Shown: piece after piece, positions 16,397 to 26,284 of the stretch
Layout: each line of letters begins with the position of its first letter
How positions within the stretch are numbered: position 1 is the stretch's first letter
Notes under the pieces: model-generated
The model's database searches: none
What the model was told of the DNA's origin: nothing
What the model saw: only the letters and a program-made list of their open reading frames with translations
Source of the DNA: Vulcanimicrobiota bacterium
GTDB lineage: Bacteria; Vulcanimicrobiota; Xenobia; Xenobiales; JADMJV01
Reading direction: 5' to 3'
Assembly: GCA_050250895.1 (NCBI GenBank)
Contig: JBFWNU010000001.1
Span: 2,916,891-2,980,890, forward strand
Length of the DNA stretch: 64,000 bases
Program-made: the position numbers and the translations under genes

Positions 16397-19015
16397 TTAG
16401 TGCCAGTCGCCGATCAGCTCGAAGGAACTCCAGAAGTAGGGGTGCGCCCAACGCGCTTCGGAGCGCACGGCCAACTGGGCCTGGCGCAGCGCTTCGGCTT
16501 TGTTCTGGCCGGCCAGCAGGCCTTTGTAGAACTCGACCATCAGGCGGGCGGTGGCCTCGTCGTCGACCCGCCACAGGCTGGCCACCATACTGCGGCTACC
16601 GGCCACCGAGAAGGCCTGGGCCAGGGTGGCCACTTCCGAGCCGGGGTTGCGCTCGCCCAGGGCGGTCTCGCAGGCCGAGAGCGTGACCAGGCTGACCTTG
16701 GAGAGGTCGAGTCCGTAGATCTCGCCGGTGGTCAGCTTGCCGCCCGCTACCAGCAGATAGCTCTCGTTGACGTTGCGCGGGTTGAGCACGCCGTGGGTGG
16801 CCAGATGGACCACGTCGCTGGCTCCGTCGAGTTTGTCGGCAGTGGCGGCCGGGCCCACGAAGGTGCGCGGGCTGGTGAACAGGCCCGCCAGCTCTTCGAC
16901 CTCATGGGTGGCTCCGGGCAGGCTGCCGTCGGGGTTCGCCAGAGCCAATAGGGTGGCCGGTGGTTTGGCGGCGCCAAAGCCGGTCACCTCGGGCATCTCG
17001 GTGGCCGTCACCAGATTGATGGCCAGCCGCGCGGCCAGAGGCTGGCCTCCTTTGGGTGCCAGGGCCGAGAAAGGAAGGTAATAGAGCATCCCGCTGGGGA
17101 TGATGGTGAGCACCTGGTGATCGGCCAGCATCGGTTCGAGGGGAGCGACCAGGCCCTGGTAGAGCTGGTCGAGAGCCGCCTCGTCGAGCGGACTGCGGCT
17201 GACCATCTGGCGCCGCAGGGTGGCTACGGCGGTGGCGGTCTGTTGGCGGCCCAGCGGGGTCGAGAAGATGCGCAGTTGGTCGTGGGTGACGGTGAACAGC
17301 AGTGTCTTGTCGGCAGCCGGATAGTAGGCCACCAACACCACCTCGGGGGGCAGCGAGGCCTGCAGCTTGGAAAAACTCGAAGGGCGGACCGACAGCAGGC
17401 GTTCGAAGTCGGGGTCGTCCTGGCGCAGCCGATTGATGGTCTTTTGAAAGTCGGCCCGGTTGTTGGCCAGTTCGCCTTCCAGGCGAGTGGCCGCGGTCTG
17501 GTCTCCGTTGGCCTGGGCCGATTGTAGTTGGGCCTGAAGCTGGCCGCGCTCTCGTTGGCCTTGGGCCAGGCTGCGCAGGGCTTGATCGGTGCCCGGGCTC
17601 CGCGAGACGCGACTCAGGTCGAGCCCGGCCGACTCGACCTCGGCGCTCAGGCGATGGGTCCACTCCAGCGCCTCCGAGGCCCGTTTCTGCTGGACCAGCA
17701 CCTCGACCAGGGTATCGGCGAAAAGGCGCAGTTCGGGCTTCTCCATGAGCTGGGCCCGGGCCTCGGGGCTGACTGCGCGAGCCCACTCCATACTCTGGGA
17801 CAGCGCCTCGACCAGCAGCTTTTCGGCTCCGGGCAGGTCGCCGGCGCGGGCCTTCATCGTGCCTAGAAAACCCAGCCCAAAGTAGCGTCCGAAGGGGTAG
17901 TAAACCTGCTCCGAGAGGGTCACCAGTTGCTTGAGGTTGGCCTCGACAGGCTCGCCCCATCCGGGCTTTGGGATGTCGTCGAGCAGATAGACGTAGGCGG
18001 TCTCGGCCCAGATGTCCATCTGGTCGACATGGTGACCGGCTTTGGCGAACCAGGCGGCGGCCTGGTCATAGTGCCCCAGGGCGGCCGCCGCGTCCCGGGC
18101 CGCGAACAGGGCATAGCGGGCGCGGGAACGCTGGAAACGGCCTCGGATGTAGTGGCCCTCCTGGGTCTCGGGAAAGGCCTTGACGGCGGGCTCGAGCTGG
18201 GTCAGCAAGGTAGGCGTGCCGGTGGATAGAGGAAAGGCCTCGGTCAGTTCCAGGGCGATATGGATGGCGCCGATGAGGAACTCGGGGTCGTTGAGTTTCT
18301 GATAGCCGGCGAAGAAGGCTTTGAACGAGGCTTCTCCCAGGCCCAGCGAGGTCTGGAACCAGGCTGCCGACAGGGGGTGGTCGCCGCGGCGAAAGGCCAG
18401 AAAGTGGTATTCGAAGGCCTGCCAGATCCACAATCTCGACCAATAGGTGGCTCGCACCACGTCAAGCGGCCACAGGGGTTGCTCGGCGGTGGCCTGATGC
18501 TGAAAAGAGGGAACATAGGCCAGCTGGCAGGCCTGGGCATAGGCGGCCGGTTCGGGTCGGCCCTGGACCAGCAGGCTAGCGAGATAGGCGGCGCTGTTGC
18601 ATTCGCTTAGCCCCAGCGCTCCGCCGGGGTCGCCCGCGGCGGTCAGCTTTTCGGCCAGCGGGCGCGCTTTGGTGAAGGCCTCGGCCGCCTTCTCGGGGTC
18701 GACGGTGCGGCTGGCGACGGCCCCCTGGATGAGGTAAAGACGCATGGCCACCTGCGGGTCGTCGACACCTTTGAGGGCCGTCTCGAGCTGTTGCCCGAGG
18801 GTGGCCGCCGAGGCCACGTCGTTGCGGGCCTGGGCGATGGCCAGACGGCGCAGGAGCAAGCGCCGGCCGTCGGCCGCATCGGTGGGCTGGGCGGCTCTGT
18901 AGAGGGCCTCAGCCTTCTCGTAGTCGCCTTGTTTGGCGGCGAGATCGGCCTCGGGCGGCACGGCCCAGGCCAGGCTCGAGAGAACGAAGAGCAGAGCGAG
19001 CAGGCGGGTTTTCAT
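16397..19015 (-). CDS. Secreted TPR-like / CHAT-domain (caspase-like) protease
   Basis: Signal peptide (LAWA); VVHLATHG and LVTLSACETALG catalytic His/Cys motifs; SLWRVDD; HPYFWSSF..IGDW terminus. Confidence 0.9.
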   Translation of the reverse strand: MKTRLLALLFVLSSLAWAVPPEADLAAKQGDYEKAEALYRAAQPTDAADGRRLLLRRLAIAQARNDVASAATLGQQLETALKGVDDPQVAMRLYLIQGAVASRTVDPEKAAEAFTKARPLAEKLTAAGDPGGALGLSECNSAAYLASLLVQGRPEPAAYAQACQLAYVPSFQHQATAEQPLWPLDVVRATYWSRLWIWQAFEYHFLAFRRGDHPLSAAWFQTSLGLGEASFKAFFAGYQKLNDPEFLIGAIHIALELTEAFPLSTGTPTLLTQLEPAVKAFPETQEGHYIRGRFQRSRARYALFAARDAAAALGHYDQAAAWFAKAGHHVDQMDIWAETAYVYLLDDIPKPGWGEPVEANLKQLVTLSEQVYYPFGRYFGLGFLGTMKARAGDLPGAEKLLVEALSQSMEWARAVSPEARAQLMEKPELRLFADTLVEVLVQQKRASEALEWTHRLSAEVESAGLDLSRVSRSPGTDQALRSLAQGQRERGQLQAQLQSAQANGDQTAATRLEGELANNRADFQKTINRLRQDDPDFERLLSVRPSSFSKLQASLPPEVVLVAYYPAADKTLLFTVTHDQLRIFSTPLGRQQTATAVATLRRQMVSRSPLDEAALDQLYQGLVAPLEPMLADHQVLTIIPSGMLYYLPFSALAPKGGQPLAARLAINLVTATEMPEVTGFGAAKPPATLLALANPDGSLPGATHEVEELAGLFTSPRTFVGPAATADKLDGASDVVHLATHGVLNPRNVNESYLLVAGGKLTTGEIYGLDLSKVSLVTLSACETALGERNPGSEVATLAQAFSVAGSRSMVASLWRVDDEATARLMVEFYKGLLAGQNKAEALRQAQLAVRSEARWAHPYFWSSFELIGDWH

Positions 19016-19020
19016 TGACC

Positions 19021-20385
19021 CTACTTCTGAGTTGTGGAGGTTTCATCCTCGAACGGTTTGACCATGGCCGCCCAGTCGGTGCGCAACGCCTTGAGGTCGC
19101 CCATGGCTCCCTCCACCACCTGGCGCGGCTCCTGGCCCGCAGTCTTATAGGCCTGGTGGGCTGCCCACCAGAACAGAAGGCTGGCCGGCAAGGCCACCAC
19201 CGTCAGCAGGCCCATGCCGGCAAAGAGCACGGCCGAAGCGATGTCACCCCGGGTATGCGAGGTGAGCAGGTCGTCAAAATCGGGGTCGTTTTGCAAATCG
19301 AGTTGTCGAGCCAGGGCCCTCACCGCCCGACCGTAACGTTGGCTGCGTTCTGGACCGTCGATCAACCTGAGGGTGGTAAGATCGGTGGGCAGGCCATCGG
19401 CGCTCGCGAACAGGGCCACGGTGACAGCCCGGGGATCGATGGGGAAATTCTCGATGTGGCTGGCCACGCCGTCGGCGATCCAATGGCACTGCGAGGGTAG
19501 CCGCAGATGGCGCAGGTAACGGCTCTTGCCCTGGGTGACGTAGTGAAGATGCAAGCTGAGTAGATAAGCGACCCAGGTTTGCGGCTCGCTGTCGCGGATT
19601 TGATTGGAGTCCTGGCTCAGTTCCCTCAGGTGGCTGCTGAGCAGCCAGGCCTGACGGTAGCGCAGATTCTCGAGGGTGCCAGGGGGTAGACGCCAACGCG
19701 GCTCGCCCTCATCGAGACGGCCGATCACCAGCGGCTGAGAGGAGGGGCCGAAGCCGTGCATGGGAGCGAAGTGGAGAGCGTCCAGACGACGACCGTCGAC
19801 GATGAGGGGAAGGGGGCAGGTGAAAGCGCGAGCACTCAGACTGCTGTGCACCACGCTATTGGCCTGGCGCCAAAGCTTGAGCGAGGCCCAGAAACCGAGC
19901 TTTTCACCCAGCCGCTGATGGGCTATGGTGAGACGCATTCGAGGGGGCGGTTGCTCGAGTTCGACCGTTTCAAAGCCGTCGCCGAGCCAGACCAGTGCCT
20001 GGCTTTGCCCGGGCAAGGCCAATTCCACCGGCCGCTGGAAGTGAATGCCCACATTCCAGAAGGCCGCCTTGAGATGGGCGAAGGCACGCTCCGGTTCGGG
20101 GTTGGGGTCGAGCAGGTCGGTGCGCAGGCGCTCCAGGGTCCAGGCCGCGGGAGCGGCGAAACTGAACTCGGCTTGCTTGCGGCCCAGTCTCACCGCGATA
20201 GCCTCGGCGGCGCCCCCGGCTACGGCTGCCTGGATGAGCTTGAGGGCCCAGTCGCCGGGCCGCGGCAATTGGAAGCTGGCTAGCTTCTCTAGAGCGCGCT
20301 TTTGGTCAAGGCTGAATTGGCCGGCCGACTCCAGGCGTCCCTGGCCTTCTAGTCGGCGAAGATAGTGCTCGAGCTGGGAGTGCAC
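19021..20385 (-). CDS. Hypothetical membrane protein of the 'SxGQFxL..ALEK..FQL' family (possible degenerate GHKL-like N-terminus)
   Basis: N-terminus aligns by eye with the 36219 ORF; C-terminal TM hairpin. Confidence 0.65.
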   Translation of the reverse strand: MHSQLEHYLRRLEGQGRLESAGQFSLDQKRALEKLASFQLPRPGDWALKLIQAAVAGGAAEAIAVRLGRKQAEFSFAAPAAWTLERLRTDLLDPNPEPERAFAHLKAAFWNVGIHFQRPVELALPGQSQALVWLGDGFETVELEQPPPRMRLTIAHQRLGEKLGFWASLKLWRQANSVVHSSLSARAFTCPLPLIVDGRRLDALHFAPMHGFGPSSQPLVIGRLDEGEPRWRLPPGTLENLRYRQAWLLSSHLRELSQDSNQIRDSEPQTWVAYLLSLHLHYVTQGKSRYLRHLRLPSQCHWIADGVASHIENFPIDPRAVTVALFASADGLPTDLTTLRLIDGPERSQRYGRAVRALARQLDLQNDPDFDDLLTSHTRGDIASAVLFAGMGLLTVVALPASLLFWWAAHQAYKTAGQEPRQVVEGAMGDLKALRTDWAAMVKPFEDETSTTQK

Positions 20386-20395
20386 CCGGGCGGCG

Positions 20396-22462
20396 TTAGC
20401 CGCTGGGCGTGTCGTTTCCTACCGGGTCGGGCGCGATCGCTCCCAGGGCGTGGCTGAGTTCGCCCATTCCAAACGGTTTGCTCAGACAAGCGCGAAAGCC
20501 GTAAGTCTTGAAATCGGCCATCACCGGGTCGTTACTGTAGCCGCTGGCCACCACCACCCTCGCTTTGGGGTCGAGTTCTAGCAATTGGCGAGTCGCCTCC
20601 TGTCCTCCCATGCCTCCGGGCACGGTCAGGTCCATCACGACCACGTCGAACGGTTGGTTGGAGTAGGCCTGCAAGGCCTGGTCGCCGTCGGCCACGGCCG
20701 TGGCCGTATAGCCTAACCGCTCGAGCATCTTGACGGTCACTCGCCGCACCGACTCCTCGTCGTCCATCACCAGCACCCGCCCCTGACCACGCCGAGGGAT
20801 GCGGCTCAGGCTATCGTCGGCCGATGAGTCCTGAGCCAGCAAGGGTAACCACAGTTCAAAGCGGGCCCCGGCCGGTGAACTGACCGTCAGCAGACCACCG
20901 TGGCGGCGGGCCACCGAGAAGGTGGTGGCCAGCCCCAATCCGCTGCCGGTGCCTTTGGTGGTGAAATAGGGGTCGAAGATCTTCCCCAGCAGTTCCTTAG
21001 CAATGCCGGGGCCCTGGTCTTCAAAGGTCAGGCGGGCGAATCGGCCCGGGCCAAGCGAAGGGTGGCCCTCGACCTGATCGAGGCTGACCTTGAACAGGCC
21101 CCCCTCCGGCATCGCCTCGAGGGCGTTAATGGTGAGGTTTTGGATGGCCTGATCGAGCTGGCCGGGATCGACCAACGCCATCAAGCGTTCGCTCTGGTTG
21201 AACTCAGCCTTGACCTTGGAACCGGTCAATACGAAGTTGACCGAACGTTTCACCAGGCGACCCAGGTCGGCCGCCCGCTTGACCGGATCGCCGCCTTTGG
21301 AGAAAGTCAGCAATTGGCGCGCCAGGTCGCGGGCTCGCTTGCAGCCATAGGTCGCTTCGCGCAGACCCTCGTGAGCCGGGTGGTCGGGGCCGAGGTCTTC
21401 CTCTGACAGCGAGAGGTTGCCCAGGATGGCAGTCAGCAGGTTGTTAAAGTCATGGGCGATTCCGCCCGCCAGCACCCCGAGCGACTCGAGCTTGGAGAGG
21501 CGCAGGCGCTCGTCTTCTTGTTCGCGCAGCTGGGTGAGGTCTTGCAGGATGAAGACAGTGCCGGTGGCTTCGTTGGAGTCGAGGCGGGCCCCGGCCAGGC
21601 GCACGGAGGGCGAACTCTGTCCGGCCAGCAGTCGCACCCCTGGGGGAGACTCCCAAAATGGCTCGTCTAACTCGACCTTGACCCGGCGGTTGTCGGAGTC
21701 GAGCAAGACCAGCACCTCGTCGAGCGAGGCTCCTCGGGCGCGTTCCACCGAAAGTCCCAACTGTCTGGCCGCGGCCGCGTTGCAGATCTCGATGCGGCCC
21801 TGCGAATCGACGGTAATCACTCCGTCGCGGATGTTGTCGACGGTCACCTCCAAACGCTGGGTGCCGGCTCTCAAAGCGCGGTTTGACTCGAAGGTCTCGC
21901 GCAAAGCCTGATCCAGGCGTAAAGAGCCGTAGAAAGCGGTGGAAGGACCGGTCAAGGCGGTCAGGCCGGCCACCCACAATCCGGGGCGCCAACCGTCCGA
22001 GGTGGCCGCGTAGACGAGAAAGAAGAGAAGGGCGAGACTGAGGGGGTGCCACAGCGCCCGCGGTGCTCGCATGGGGTATTGGGCGCCGGCCGCCGCGATA
22101 CCGTAAGCAGCCGTAGCGTAGAACGGAATCCCCAGACGGGCGTCGAGCACCGCTCCGATCCAGGCCACGAGGATGGCGAAGGCGGCGAAATTGAGCCAGA
22201 TGTAGACGAGCTGGTCGACCTGCCGCCAGCGGATGCGGATGTAATAGACCAGCGCCAACTCGGCCACCACGGCCAGGCGGGCCAGGAAGAAATTGCCGAG
22301 GGGGAGGGGGGTCACCCAGTAGCTCAGGGCCGCCTCGATGACAAAAGTGAGAACGAGGGCCGCCAGGCCGGCCCGCAAGGCTTCGTGGCGCGTATCAAAA
22401 AGATATTGCTGGCGGTAGGTCTCGTAGTCGACCGGCCGCCCGGTCTCCAAATCCCCATTCAT
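20396..22462 (-). CDS. Membrane PAS hybrid histidine kinase/response regulator
   Basis: Multi-TM N-terminus; PAS; AGGIAHDFNNLL H-box; DQGPGI and GSGLGL; receiver domain. Confidence 0.92.
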   Translation of the reverse strand: MNGDLETGRPVDYETYRQQYLFDTRHEALRAGLAALVLTFVIEAALSYWVTPLPLGNFFLARLAVVAELALVYYIRIRWRQVDQLVYIWLNFAAFAILVAWIGAVLDARLGIPFYATAAYGIAAAGAQYPMRAPRALWHPLSLALLFFLVYAATSDGWRPGLWVAGLTALTGPSTAFYGSLRLDQALRETFESNRALRAGTQRLEVTVDNIRDGVITVDSQGRIEICNAAAARQLGLSVERARGASLDEVLVLLDSDNRRVKVELDEPFWESPPGVRLLAGQSSPSVRLAGARLDSNEATGTVFILQDLTQLREQEDERLRLSKLESLGVLAGGIAHDFNNLLTAILGNLSLSEEDLGPDHPAHEGLREATYGCKRARDLARQLLTFSKGGDPVKRAADLGRLVKRSVNFVLTGSKVKAEFNQSERLMALVDPGQLDQAIQNLTINALEAMPEGGLFKVSLDQVEGHPSLGPGRFARLTFEDQGPGIAKELLGKIFDPYFTTKGTGSGLGLATTFSVARRHGGLLTVSSPAGARFELWLPLLAQDSSADDSLSRIPRRGQGRVLVMDDEESVRRVTVKMLERLGYTATAVADGDQALQAYSNQPFDVVVMDLTVPGGMGGQEATRQLLELDPKARVVVASGYSNDPVMADFKTYGFRACLSKPFGMGELSHALGAIAPDPVGNDTPSG

Positions 22463-22513
22463 CCCATGGAGGAGTTATCCGTCGAGAGCGATTCCTCCCG
22501 TGGTATATTCCCC

Positions 22514-24295
22514 CTATTTATCGGGACCTTTCCCGTCGAGCAGGGCCGCGATGGTGCGGTGCAAGGTGGCTCGGTCTACGGGTTTGGTCAAGAACCCGTC
22601 CATTCCGGCATCCAAGCATCGTTCCCGCTCGCCGATCATGCAATGCGCCGTTAACGCCACCACGGGAATGGGTTTGCGACCCTCGAGCTGCTCTCGCTGG
22701 CGCAGTTTCGAAAAGACTTCGAAGCCGTTCATTCCCGGCATCTGAATATCGAGCAGCACGGCATCGTGGTGGCCTTGCGCGAGCCGTTCGAGGGCCCCCT
22801 CGCCGTTGATGGCAGTGTCCACCTCGTAGCCGCAGTTTTCGAGCATGAGGGTGGCTACCCGCAGACTGATCGGATTGTCTTCGACCAGCAGAATGCTCAG
22901 CGCGCGCGAGGGTGGCTGTAGCTCGCCTTCTTCCTCCGCCGCCTCGGCCTCCGGCAGGTCCAGACTGAAGCGAAAGTGGCTGCCCTGCCCGGGACGGCTG
23001 GTGAGTTCAAGCTGCCCACCCATGCGGGCTACCAGGGCAGCGGCGATGGCCAGCCCCAGGCCGGTCCCTTCGTGTTGGCGCGACAAGGAAGTGTCGGCCT
23101 GGACGAAAGGCTGGAAAATCCTTTCCTGGTCTTCTGGAGCCACTCCGACTCCGTTGTCCCAGACGGTGAACTGAAAACGCTCCCCCTCGCGCTCTACTTT
23201 CAGGCCGCAACGCCCTTTGGCGAACTTGATGGCGTTGCCCACCAGGTTGAGCAACACCTGACGCAGGCGCCCCCAGTCGCCCAGCAGCGTTTCCGGCAAG
23301 TCGTCGGGGTGCTCGAGTTCAAGCTTACATTGGCGCCTTTCGGCCTCGACCTCGAGCACTCCGACCAGTCGCTCGAGCGCTCGCGGCAGCGAGAACGGCC
23401 GGGGACGAATCTTGACGTGGCCAGCCTCCACTTTCGAGATGTCGAGGATGTCGTCGAGTACTCCCAGCAACTCACGAGCACCGCCATCGGCCAGGCGAAC
23501 GTAGTCTCGTTGCTGCTCTTCGAGTTCACTTTCGAGCAGCAGCTCGAGCATGCCCAGTACGGCCGTCATGGGAGTGCGCAACTCGTGGCTCATCATGGCC
23601 AGAAAGTCGGTCTTGGCGCGGCTGCCTGCCTCGGCCTGGTGGCGGGCCTCTTCGAGTTCGGCGTTCTTCTTCTCCAGCAATTCGCGAGCACGGTGGCGCT
23701 CGGAGATATCGTAACCGGTGCAGATGAGGTGGTCGCCGAAAGTGGTCAGACGCCAGGCGATGGTCAATTCATCCCACTCTGTCTCGCATTCGGGCGGCGG
23801 GGGCTCTTCGCTGAGACACTCGGCCAGATCGGGGAGCGTCTCTTCGAGAGGACGGTCGACGATGGCGTCCTGGCTCAGGGAAACGGCCTCGAGGAAGGTC
23901 CGGTTGACCCGCTCCACCCGCAGATCGCGGTCGGTGATCAGCACCAGAGCGCCTAAATTCTCCATCAGGGCCGAGAAGAAATCTCGCTCTTCGCGCAACT
24001 GCAGACGGGTGCGTTCGCGCTCGGTCACATCGCGCAGACAGGCCAGGACGGCCGGCTCGTTCTTCCACAGCAACGGGGTCAGGCGCATCTCGGCCAGGCC
24101 ACGCTGAGGACCCAGAATATCGACCTCGACGCATCCACTGGGTGCCAGGGGCAGGCCGAGCTGGGTGCCCTCGAGGTCGCGACCGAACATTCTCTGCGCG
24201 GCCGGGTTCGAAAAGCGGATCACTCCGTCCTCACCCAGGACCAGCATGCCGTCCACGGTGCTCTCGACGATACCCCACAGGTCTGAGGGAACCAC
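22514..24295 (-). CDS. Cytoplasmic PAS hybrid histidine kinase/response regulator, translationally coupled to kaiC
   Basis: Two PAS-like domains; MSHELRTP; GNAIKF; GTGLGL; receiver LLDIQMP. Confidence 0.92.
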   Translation of the reverse strand: MVPSDLWGIVESTVDGMLVLGEDGVIRFSNPAAQRMFGRDLEGTQLGLPLAPSGCVEVDILGPQRGLAEMRLTPLLWKNEPAVLACLRDVTERERTRLQLREERDFFSALMENLGALVLITDRDLRVERVNRTFLEAVSLSQDAIVDRPLEETLPDLAECLSEEPPPPECETEWDELTIAWRLTTFGDHLICTGYDISERHRARELLEKKNAELEEARHQAEAGSRAKTDFLAMMSHELRTPMTAVLGMLELLLESELEEQQRDYVRLADGGARELLGVLDDILDISKVEAGHVKIRPRPFSLPRALERLVGVLEVEAERRQCKLELEHPDDLPETLLGDWGRLRQVLLNLVGNAIKFAKGRCGLKVEREGERFQFTVWDNGVGVAPEDQERIFQPFVQADTSLSRQHEGTGLGLAIAAALVARMGGQLELTSRPGQGSHFRFSLDLPEAEAAEEEGELQPPSRALSILLVEDNPISLRVATLMLENCGYEVDTAINGEGALERLAQGHHDAVLLDIQMPGMNGFEVFSKLRQREQLEGRKPIPVVALTAHCMIGERERCLDAGMDGFLTKPVDRATLHRTIAALLDGKGPDK

Positions 24296-25779
24296 TACAG
24301 TCTCTCTCCGCTGCTCAGGGCTTGCGAGAGATTGCCCGACAAGATTCCGAACACACCCTCGAAGGGCTGTTCGATCCGCATGCCATGCGTGGTGATCGTA
24401 TACTCGTGGATCACCTTGTCATGGGCCGAACCGCGCATCTTGAGCACGGCCAGACCGCGCCGCATCTTGCCGCAGATCTCCACATAGCGCAGCAGGATAA
24501 TGGTGTCGGTCAGGCTCGAGATATGCTCTTCGGTCACCGAGGTCGCGCCCGTCAACAGCGGAGTGGTCGAGGTAAAGAGCGCTGGCACGCCGCGCTCTTT
24601 GACGAACGAGGAGAGGGCCAACACGAATTCCCGAAACCCCTTCATCGACGAGACCCGTTCCAGGGCCGACAGGCTGTCGATGGCGATCCGGCGGGGGCCG
24701 AAGTCCTCGATTTCGTTGCGCATATAGAGCAACTGGTCTTCCAGGCTCGCCGTCTCGGGAAAGCGGCAACAGAGCTTGATGAGCCCCTTCTTTTCCAGCG
24801 ACCTGAAGTCGAAGCCCCAGCCCCGGGCGTTGCGCAGCAACTGTTCCCGGCTCTCTTCGAAGGCGAAGACCATCACTTTGTCGCCTTGCTGGGCGGCACG
24901 GCCCAAGAAATGAGTGGAGAGCAAGGTCTTACCGGTGCCCGTGGCGCCCGACACGAGGATGATCGAATCGCGGAAGAAGCCTCCGCCACACATCTCGTCC
25001 AAGCGCTCGACCCCACTCGAAACCCGCTCGTCGCTGGAACTTTGGGTGAGTTCTAGCGATGACAAAGGGATCACCATGACGCCGCGGTCGGGCAGTACCG
25101 AGAAGGGATACTCCCCTTTGTGGTGGGTGGTGCCGCGAAACTTCAGGATCTCGATGGTGCGGCGGCGCTTTTCTTCGGAGCGAAGGTTGCGCAGCACCAC
25201 CACATTGTCGGTGACGAACTCCTCGGCGCCGCTGGGGCGCTGGAGTTCGTTCTCGGGCCACTCCTGGGTGAGCAGAGAGGTGATGCCCCACTCGCGCAAC
25301 TGGCTGACGATGCGAAAGAGTTCGGCCCGGATCATGGCGGGATTCTTTAGCCGCATGAGAACGGCCGCGGCCGAGTCCATGACCAGGCGCTTGGCGCCGA
25401 CCTTGTTGACGGCGTGCTCGAGTCTGGCCAGCAGGCCACCCAGGTCATACTCACCCGTCACGGCTGCGTCATGATCGGCGTGATAGGACGCGTTCACGAA
25501 GCAGAACTTGCCTTCGCGTTCCCACTGCTCGATATCCCAACCGAAGCTCTCGACATTGCGCCGAATATCCTCGGGACGCTCTTCGAAGGTCACCATCACG
25601 CCCGACTGCTGGAACTGTTGGATTCCCTCGGCCAGAAACTGGAGAGCAAACGTGGTCTTGGCACTGCCGGTACTGCCGCACAGAAGGGTGCTGCGACCCT
25701 GGGGCAATCCACCCTCCGAGATGTTGTCAAAACCGGGGATGCCGGTCGGTAGTTTCTCGATGCATTTTCGCCTGCTCAC
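24295..25779 (-). CDS. kaiC: Circadian clock protein KaiC
   Basis: Two RecA-like domains (GSTGSAKT, GATGTGKT), FEE catalytic glutamates, ISSLTDTIILLRYVE phosphosite region, KMRGS. Confidence 0.95.
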   Translation of the reverse strand: MSRRKCIEKLPTGIPGFDNISEGGLPQGRSTLLCGSTGSAKTTFALQFLAEGIQQFQQSGVMVTFEERPEDIRRNVESFGWDIEQWEREGKFCFVNASYHADHDAAVTGEYDLGGLLARLEHAVNKVGAKRLVMDSAAAVLMRLKNPAMIRAELFRIVSQLREWGITSLLTQEWPENELQRPSGAEEFVTDNVVVLRNLRSEEKRRRTIEILKFRGTTHHKGEYPFSVLPDRGVMVIPLSSLELTQSSSDERVSSGVERLDEMCGGGFFRDSIILVSGATGTGKTLLSTHFLGRAAQQGDKVMVFAFEESREQLLRNARGWGFDFRSLEKKGLIKLCCRFPETASLEDQLLYMRNEIEDFGPRRIAIDSLSALERVSSMKGFREFVLALSSFVKERGVPALFTSTTPLLTGATSVTEEHISSLTDTIILLRYVEICGKMRRGLAVLKMRGSAHDKVIHEYTITTHGMRIEQPFEGVFGILSGNLSQALSSGERL

Positions 25780-26081
25780 GATGGTGTCTCTCCTTTCCGC
25801 GACGAGCTGCTAAGATCCAGGCCGAAGAGCACGGCCTCCGTGTCGGACAAATCCCCCACGACCCGTCTCTGGGGGCCGGGGGATTGGCGGACCAGTGTAG
25901 GCGTCATCAGCACCATCTCGTCTTCGGCCCGCTGAGGATTCTCGCGAACGTCCACCACCTCGAGCTGGTGCCTGTCGAGGTGTTGCTCGCAGATGCGCCG
26001 CAGATTGGCTATGGTCTTGGAGGAACGCGCTCCAGACCCGGCCACGTACAGTGTCAAGACCACCTCTGCCTCAGTCTCCAT
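25776..26081 (-). CDS. kaiB: Circadian clock protein KaiB
   Basis: LTLYVAG...S...NLRRICE...TPTLVR...RVVGDLS. Confidence 0.92.
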   Translation of the reverse strand: METEAEVVLTLYVAGSGARSSKTIANLRRICEQHLDRHQLEVVDVRENPQRAEDEMVLMTPTLVRQSPGPQRRVVGDLSDTEAVLFGLDLSSSSRKGETPS

Positions 26082-26251
26082 GGCATGCTCGATAGAAAAT
26101 CAACATAAATAAGAAAAACCCCCAGGGTCCAGCCGGTCTGCGCCGGCCTGCAGCCATGGTAGATCAGACGGAACCGAGGGTAATTATCCGGCCAGATTTT
26201 TTGGGGGTATCCCCTGGGATGCCCCGCCGTATAGCCAATGCGCGCCTAAGA

Positions 26252-26279
26252 CGAAGAGGCGCCCCGGGGCGCCTCTTCG
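26252..26279. terminator. Hairpin terminator candidate
   Basis: CGAAGAGGCGCC-CCGG-GGCGCCTCTTCG perfect 12-bp stem after the 26285 stop. Confidence 0.6.
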
Positions 26280-26284
26280 AGCAT

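Noticed and set aside
26082-26250. Riboswitch upstream of kaiB; GGGCATCCC-like palindromes here and at 16358-16390
   Set aside because: Hairpins are present, but I could not match any known aptamer consensus, and two occurrences in GC-rich DNA are too weak to call a motif.
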